Under the pieces are notes generated by a model, which searched no databases, was not told the origin of the DNA, and was given only the letters and a program-made list of their open reading frames with translations. Position numbers and translations under genes: made by a program. 64,000 nucleotides of DNA from Eledone cirrhosa. Taxonomy: Eukaryota. Shown piece after piece: positions 57,947 through 64,000 of this stretch (positions are counted from its first letter, which is position 1; every line of letters begins with the position of its first letter). The stretch spans positions 37,200,001 to 37,264,000 of the forward strand of contig OZ024747.1 in the NCBI GenBank assembly GCA_964016885.1, read 5' to 3'.

Positions 57947-58655
57947 GGCTGTCAGTCAGTGAAGACGTGTTTTTGGAGTTCCGCAAAAGTAGGACATTTT
58001 CTGTTTATTTTCATTTATAATAATTGTTGTATTCTTTGAAAGGGATCGTAAGTCTCCCGCTTTTGCCCTTTGAAGGGCCTTTTGGCCCAAATATTTGAAC
58101 TTTTTGTATTTAAAAAGAAATTCTCGAAAATAAAACATAGCTGAGCCAGGCCCCCAACTTTAAGTCTGCTGTCGTGTGACAGCGACCTAAACGTTGAGAG
58201 GAGGGAAGCCGCAAACACATTGATTTACACTACAAATACATTTAGCAGCACCACCACAAACAGCATGACAGCTGCAGCAGCAACACCAATAGTGAGAATA
58301 ATAACTTTAAAAAAACAAAAACGACAGCACCAACCACAGCAGTAACAGCGACAACCAAAAGACAGCCAGCAGAAATGATGACAACAAAAACAACGAAATT
58401 AACACCACTAACAAGAACATGAACAGCAACAATACCAACTGCACCGCGAACAACAGCGGCACCAAATATATAACCAACTGCAACAGTGATAGCAACAACA
58501 ACAAAAAGAACAACAACACCAACAATAAAAACGACAACAACAACACCAACAGCACCAACGACAACAACAAGAACACTTTCGCTGCGGCAGCAGCCAAAAA
58601 GAGGCCATGCTTCAGCATGGACCTCTCGAACAAAGATGAAAAGTTGGCCCATGCC
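57947..58655 (+). mobile_element. E6: 5' fragment (5'UTR plus ORF1 N-terminus) of an E4-like element
   Basis: NKNTFAAAAAKKRPCFSMDLSNKDEKLAHA matches E4 ORF1; starts right after the E5 tail. Confidence 0.88.
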
Positions 58656-61600
58656 ACCCAGGGTTGATTCAGGTACCCCATCAATCCTGAACCACCGACG
58701 CTTCGAGGACACCCGGGAAGGACACCCCTCTCCTCCTCAAATTCACCAGTCTACAGGCGCATGATCAGAGGAGGCCCACGCACACAGGACATTCTCGCCA
58801 CATTCATCCAGCTTTTAGCAAATGTGCTGGGGGCAGCACTTCTCTCTCCACCCTCACCTTCCTCTCCAAATGAAATTTGAAAAGTTGATGAGGGATTGGC
58901 TGAAGAGAAAAGTGTCTGTCTTCAGTCCTTTCAACCTGGTCCACCATACAACCTCTTTCGCTACTACCACCACACAGAGGAAAATTGCCTGCCCTTCCTG
59001 GCCAAAAGAGGCGGCCGGTCGATCTTCACTATGGACTCGGCAGATAGCCGGATCCGTTCTACACGCGACGAGTGCGTGCAGATGGTTTCGTCGCTCTGCG
59101 CACACCTCGTGCAGGTCCGTCTGACAGTACTTCCGTGCCTGTAGAGTTTATCTCGAACCGGCAGTGACCCCGGATAGCACTGCCAAGCGAGGAATTTGAG
59201 GAAGTTATCCATTGTCCCTGGCTCGAAAGTCCTCCGGAACAGACTGGTTAGTTCGACTTCGTCGATGCCCGGAGTCTCTTCAAGTCCATCGTTGCACTTG
59301 CCCACCACTAATCCTCTATAGAACTCGAGAGTGAATATTCCACTGACCACATTACCCGCCTAGTAGAGGGCAGTGAGTGCCTGGCAACATTCCAGATACC
59401 AGTCACCCAGTCTCGGTCTCTTCTTGACCCAGGATTGCAGCTCAGTCAAAGAGACGAACTGCGGTAAGGCAGAATATCTGGAGATGCCGCAGTCTCAGTG
59501 CATGTCTGCGCATCATTTGCCACGGCATGGTCAGCCCTCCACATAGAGGGTGCTGGCAGCAGATAGACCGCCTCACCAACGGAAACTGTTCCCTCCACAA
59601 GAATTTGAAGAGGAGCCGTTCCAGGTTGGCAAGGTGCGGACGGGGGCAAGGGAGGAGGGTCAGACTGCAGTATATGACGGACGCGATGTATGCGTTCACC
59701 ACCTCCGCCCGACCTTTCAGTGATAGCTTCCTCGCATCCCACTTCTGGGTGAGACTGGCTACCTTACCCGTCACCTCGTCACAATTCTTATCCACCTGGA
59801 GGTCTGGAACGAACCAAACCCCGAGCAACTTTACCGGTCCGTTCGTCCAGCGCCCAATGAAGCGGTTGGACGGCATGGACTTGCCTCTCCAGGTACCGAG
59901 TTGCAAGCCCACCGACTTTTCCGGGTTAAGGTTTGCTCTTATTCTTCCAATAAGTTGCGACCACCTCTATTTCTGAGGTGACCGACACCATCACGGTGAT
60001 GTCGTCCGAATAAGCCGACACACACTTTCCACGTTCCGGTTCGAGCGGGATGCCCATCAACAGCTCGAGCTTCCGCAGTAAAGGCTCGAGAGTCAATACG
60101 TACAGAAGTGAGGGGAGAGGGGACCCTTGACGGACCGATCGGGAGACCTGAAACGGTTCCGAGAGGTGGCCATTAATTTTGACCACCGAGCAGCGATCCC
60201 GCTTCTGAATACGGGTCGAAGCCAGCTGCCTTGAAGACAGCCTCCAGGTACCGATGGTCGACCCTATCGAATGCTTTTGATTGATCTAAATTGATCAGAG
60301 CCCCACCGAACCCTCTCTATTATGTATAGCATGAAGTGGAGGTTGTTGTGTATGGACCTGGTCGGGATTGCGCAAGTTTGCGCCCCCTCAACCAAATCTT
60401 CGACAAGCGCCAACCTCTTCGCTAACACCTTGGCCAAAACCTTGAACTCTGTGTTGAGCAGAGTTATGGGCCTGAAATTGTCTAATGTGTCCCTCTTGTT
60501 CTCGTCTTTCCTTATCAGCGTCCCTACGCACCGGCTCACAGAACAGGGGATACTCCCATTCTGCTGCTAGTGGCAGTAGAGGACTTCGAGGAGATTGGAG
60601 AACAAGTCTGGCATATTTACGTAAAGCTCGTAGAGAAGACCATCCAAACCGGGGACTTGCGCCTTATGCAGCCGACAAGGGCATCCTGAATCTCGGCTGA
60701 AATAATCGGCCTTTCGAAGCTCTCAGCGTCGGCCGACAGAGTTACGGCAAGCCGTCGAGTTAGGGACAGAAGTCCGCCACCGTCTCTGACTCACCACTTC
60801 CCCCGAACAACCTAGCAAAATGCTGGCGAAAAGCCTCACACATCCACCTGGAATCGCTCAATTCCTGTCCGTCTCGGTCCGTCAAAGACCGAATTGTGGC
60901 TTTATTACCACGCTGAGCCTCTGTCACGCGGGCTCATTGAACAGCTTTCGTTCCCTCGTTTCTCAGAGCACGCGCCTTAGCTCTGACAATGCAACCTTCG
61001 TGTTTTCCAATGAAGAAATGATCTAATGCCATTCTCACCACTAGCACGTCAGTTGCAATGCCACTACAAATAGCCTTGTCTAACTTATCTACCAGTTCCC
61101 CCACCTTTCTAATTGTCTCTAACGCTAGTTCTTTGCTAAACCCTATCGACATTACTCTAATCTCTCTCTTGAGAGCCCCCAGCCCCCCACCCCCCACCAT
61201 CTGTTGCTTAACTAAATTGTTGACCCGGTCCCTGTAAGCATTACCTGCCGGAAACGACAAGTTCAGCTTCCAGTAACCAGGTCCTAACCTGCGCGTCTTA
61301 TCTAGGTCGGCTTTGCAGATCACAAACTTGTGATCTGAGTAGACGACCGTTTTAAAATGTGGACAGCCAACACTATTTCTATCTATTTTCCTAATGAATA
61401 TCCTGTCTATATACGATCTCGATGACTCTATGTGGTTGGTCCACGTCCACACTGGCGCATTAGGGAAATCTAGTTGGTACTTGTCAGACAGTTGGAACTG
61501 GCTGATCAGGTACTTGAGGCTTTTGCACCCATCCGCTTTTATCGGATAGTTCCACACAATCCCAGCGTGCGTCTAAGATGCCGTTCCAGTCCCCCGCTAA

Positions 61601-63870
61601 CAGTAAAGGGCGAGACGTTCCCAGAAAGGCTTTCAGGTGCCTAAAGAAATCCAGCCGTCCTGCCCCGGTAGATGGACACCAGTCTAAAGGCACCACCTTC
61701 GCTATTGTTCACGTCCAGGACCACCAACTTACCGTCTGGGTCCCAGAGGATCGACCTTACCTCGAGATCCAGGCCTTTCCTAAACAGCACTACCACCCCA
61801 CCTCCCATTCCCGGCCGACTATCAGATGGAAAGATTTGATAGTCATCAAAAATAGGGGCTAGTGCGCGCGTGTCGGAAATCCTGGTCTCGCTGACGGCAA
61901 TTACATCCATTTCTAGAGACCTGAGGTCGTTGAGCAGGTGACCCTACTTCCAGGACGATCCCAGACCTCGAACATTTAAACATCCTACTCATATTATGAC
62001 CATGTTGATAGGCTAATAGAGAGAGGAAAGGTTTACTTACCTCCCGGAGTGTTGTGGAGGTCGGGTGGTTTGACCTCTATTGTTGGTGGGGTTTCCATTA
62101 GGAACCCTTTTAGGAGCCTACTCGTGGCTTTTACATTATGTGTTCCCACGTCGTCGGGAAAGATTTCCCTAATATCTTTATAAGTTTGTATTGGCATCCG
62201 CACCAAGAGCAGTGTTTGGGGCACAATGAGGGAACAGGTGCCAAAAATCTCTCCCTCTTTCTCAATGTCTTTACTTCGTGGCCATTAGTTGTTTGTTGGC
62301 CTTCCTTAGTAACACCCAGTTTGGTGTGTCTGTTATTGTTGGTGTCTACGTCTGTTTTCTTTTGTTTGGAATGACTTGTGCTTGTGCTGGTGTTGTTGAC
62401 GGTCGTGGAGTCAGTATTGCTGTGGGTGTGTTTTGTGTGCTTGTTGTGTGTGGATTTTTATTTTTATTTTTGTGCTTCTCTTTTGCTTTGTAGGTTTGGG
62501 GGGTTTCGCCTCATCTTCCCTCGGAGAAATGGAGGAACTGGTGTCTGGGGACTCTGTGTCAGAGGGGAGTGGGTGTGTAAGTTTTGCTCTTTGTCTATGT
62601 GTTTGTAAAAGGAGGGAGGGAGAGCTTGTTTGAGCGACAACCTGGTTGGATTTAATTATCCTTGTTGTTAATGGTGCTGTTTCATTTTCTGTTGCTGCTG
62701 GTGTTGTCCCTCCTCCCGACACCTTTGTTGGCAGCAACGGAGGTTTGCGGCCCCCTGCAGTTTTCAATTGAGGGCAAAAGGCTCTCAGGTGTGTGGTGAA
62801 GTCACACACGAAAGAATGCGGTCTTTTGCCCTCCGTGACTACCTGGATTTCGTGCCCGTCTGATAGTTTGATGTGATCCGGACCGCCGCCCCCCTCTCTC
62901 TCTCTCTCTTTGTAAATTTAATGTCGAGGAGGCTGTCAGGGCCCTCTACCGCCACGCATCCCAGAAGCCACCATAAATCCAGTCTTGGTAGAATCCATCC
63001 TGGGAACACGGACCCTTACTGTTCTCCTCCCCATGTAGGACCGGTACAAAATGATTTGGTCCGTTTTTCAATGGACCACAGAATGCTTTATAGCAAGGGC
63101 GTCAGTTTTGAAAAGCACCAAGATGCTCCCAAATTGTCTGGCCCTTGTTATATGGTCTCTATCATCATTTCAGTGCTGCCTCTATCTGTCCTTAGGAGGC
63201 ATTCTCGACTTTTCGATATTTGACCGAAATACATCGATATTTCAAAGTTCTCCTCTCCTTTGCTGCCATTAGCTCTGTCAGGACCTTTAAATTGACCCAA
63301 CTTTTTTCTTTTTCTCTGTAAGGTCGAAATCGTACAGCGTTTGGCTCTTTGCTATTGTGGCCGCGAAAGTACTGTTTTTGATGATGCTGTTGTTGTTGTC
63401 CTTATTTTTGTAGTTGCTGTTTTGCTGTTTTTCATTGACTAAATTGTTGTTGGTGCAGTCGTCGCTCTTGTTGTTGTTGGTGTTGTCGTTGTTGTTGGTG
63501 TTTCCTTTGATGTTTGTTGCTGTGGTTGTACTTGTTGGTGTTGTTGCTGTTATTGCTGTTGCAGTTGGTTATATCTTTGGTGCTACTGTTGTTTCTCGGT
63601 GCAGTTGGTATTGTTGGTGCTGCCGCTGTTTATGTTCTTGTTAGTGGTGTTAATGTCATTGTTGTTTTCGTTGTCATTGTTTTCGTTTTCGTTGTTTAGT
63701 TGTTTTCGTTGCCAAAAGGTCCAAATATTATACAGTCACCCCTTCACAGGGCAAAGACGGAGATCTTACGACCCTTTTCAAAGAATGCAACTATTATTAT
63801 AAATGAAAATAAACAGAAAATTTCCCACTTTTGCGGAGCTCCAAAAAGACGTTTACATTGTCTGACAGCC
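58653..63870 (-). mobile_element. E7: decayed near-full-length Tx1-like element lacking the distal 3'UTR
   Basis: Fragmented ORF1 (C..CDFTTHLRAFC) and ORF2 (YSDD); 5' end abuts the (ATT)5 tail of a SINE. Confidence 0.92.
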
Positions 63871-63885
63871 AATAATAATAATAAT

Positions 63886-64000
63886 GGTTTCTACTTTTGG
63901 CACAAGGCCAGCAATTATCCCAATACATTACTGGTACTTTATTTTATCGACCCCGTAAGGATGAAAGGCAAAGTTAACCTCGGTGGGATTTGAACTCAGA
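63886..64000 (-). mobile_element. SINE 3' portion (runs off window)
   Basis: Near-identical to the copy at 38552-38698. Confidence 0.85.

Overview
Eukaryotic, gene-poor, repeat-rich window. The SINE family and microsatellite load resemble octopus/coleoid genomes; this is inferred, not proven. No host protein-coding gene can be supported. The window is a nest of seven Tx1-like (L1-group) non-LTR retrotransposons, labelled E1-E7, from about three families. E1 is intact and inserted in (GATA)n. E2-E7 are tied to (ATT)n, partly as head-to-tail trains. Also present: a decayed Dong/R4-like RLE element, five copies of one SINE family, Penelope-like relics with hammerhead-ribozyme-like cores, several foldback elements, and a ~9 kb trinucleotide-built minisatellite with an internal inversion. 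Top observation: in divergent Tx1 families a 5' splice-donor consensus overlaps the ORF1 end, and the ORF2 stop TAG doubles as a 3' acceptor. Removing the intervening sequence restores an ORF1 stop within 0-2 codons in each family's own phase. This suggests ORF2 lies inside a retained spliceosomal intron.
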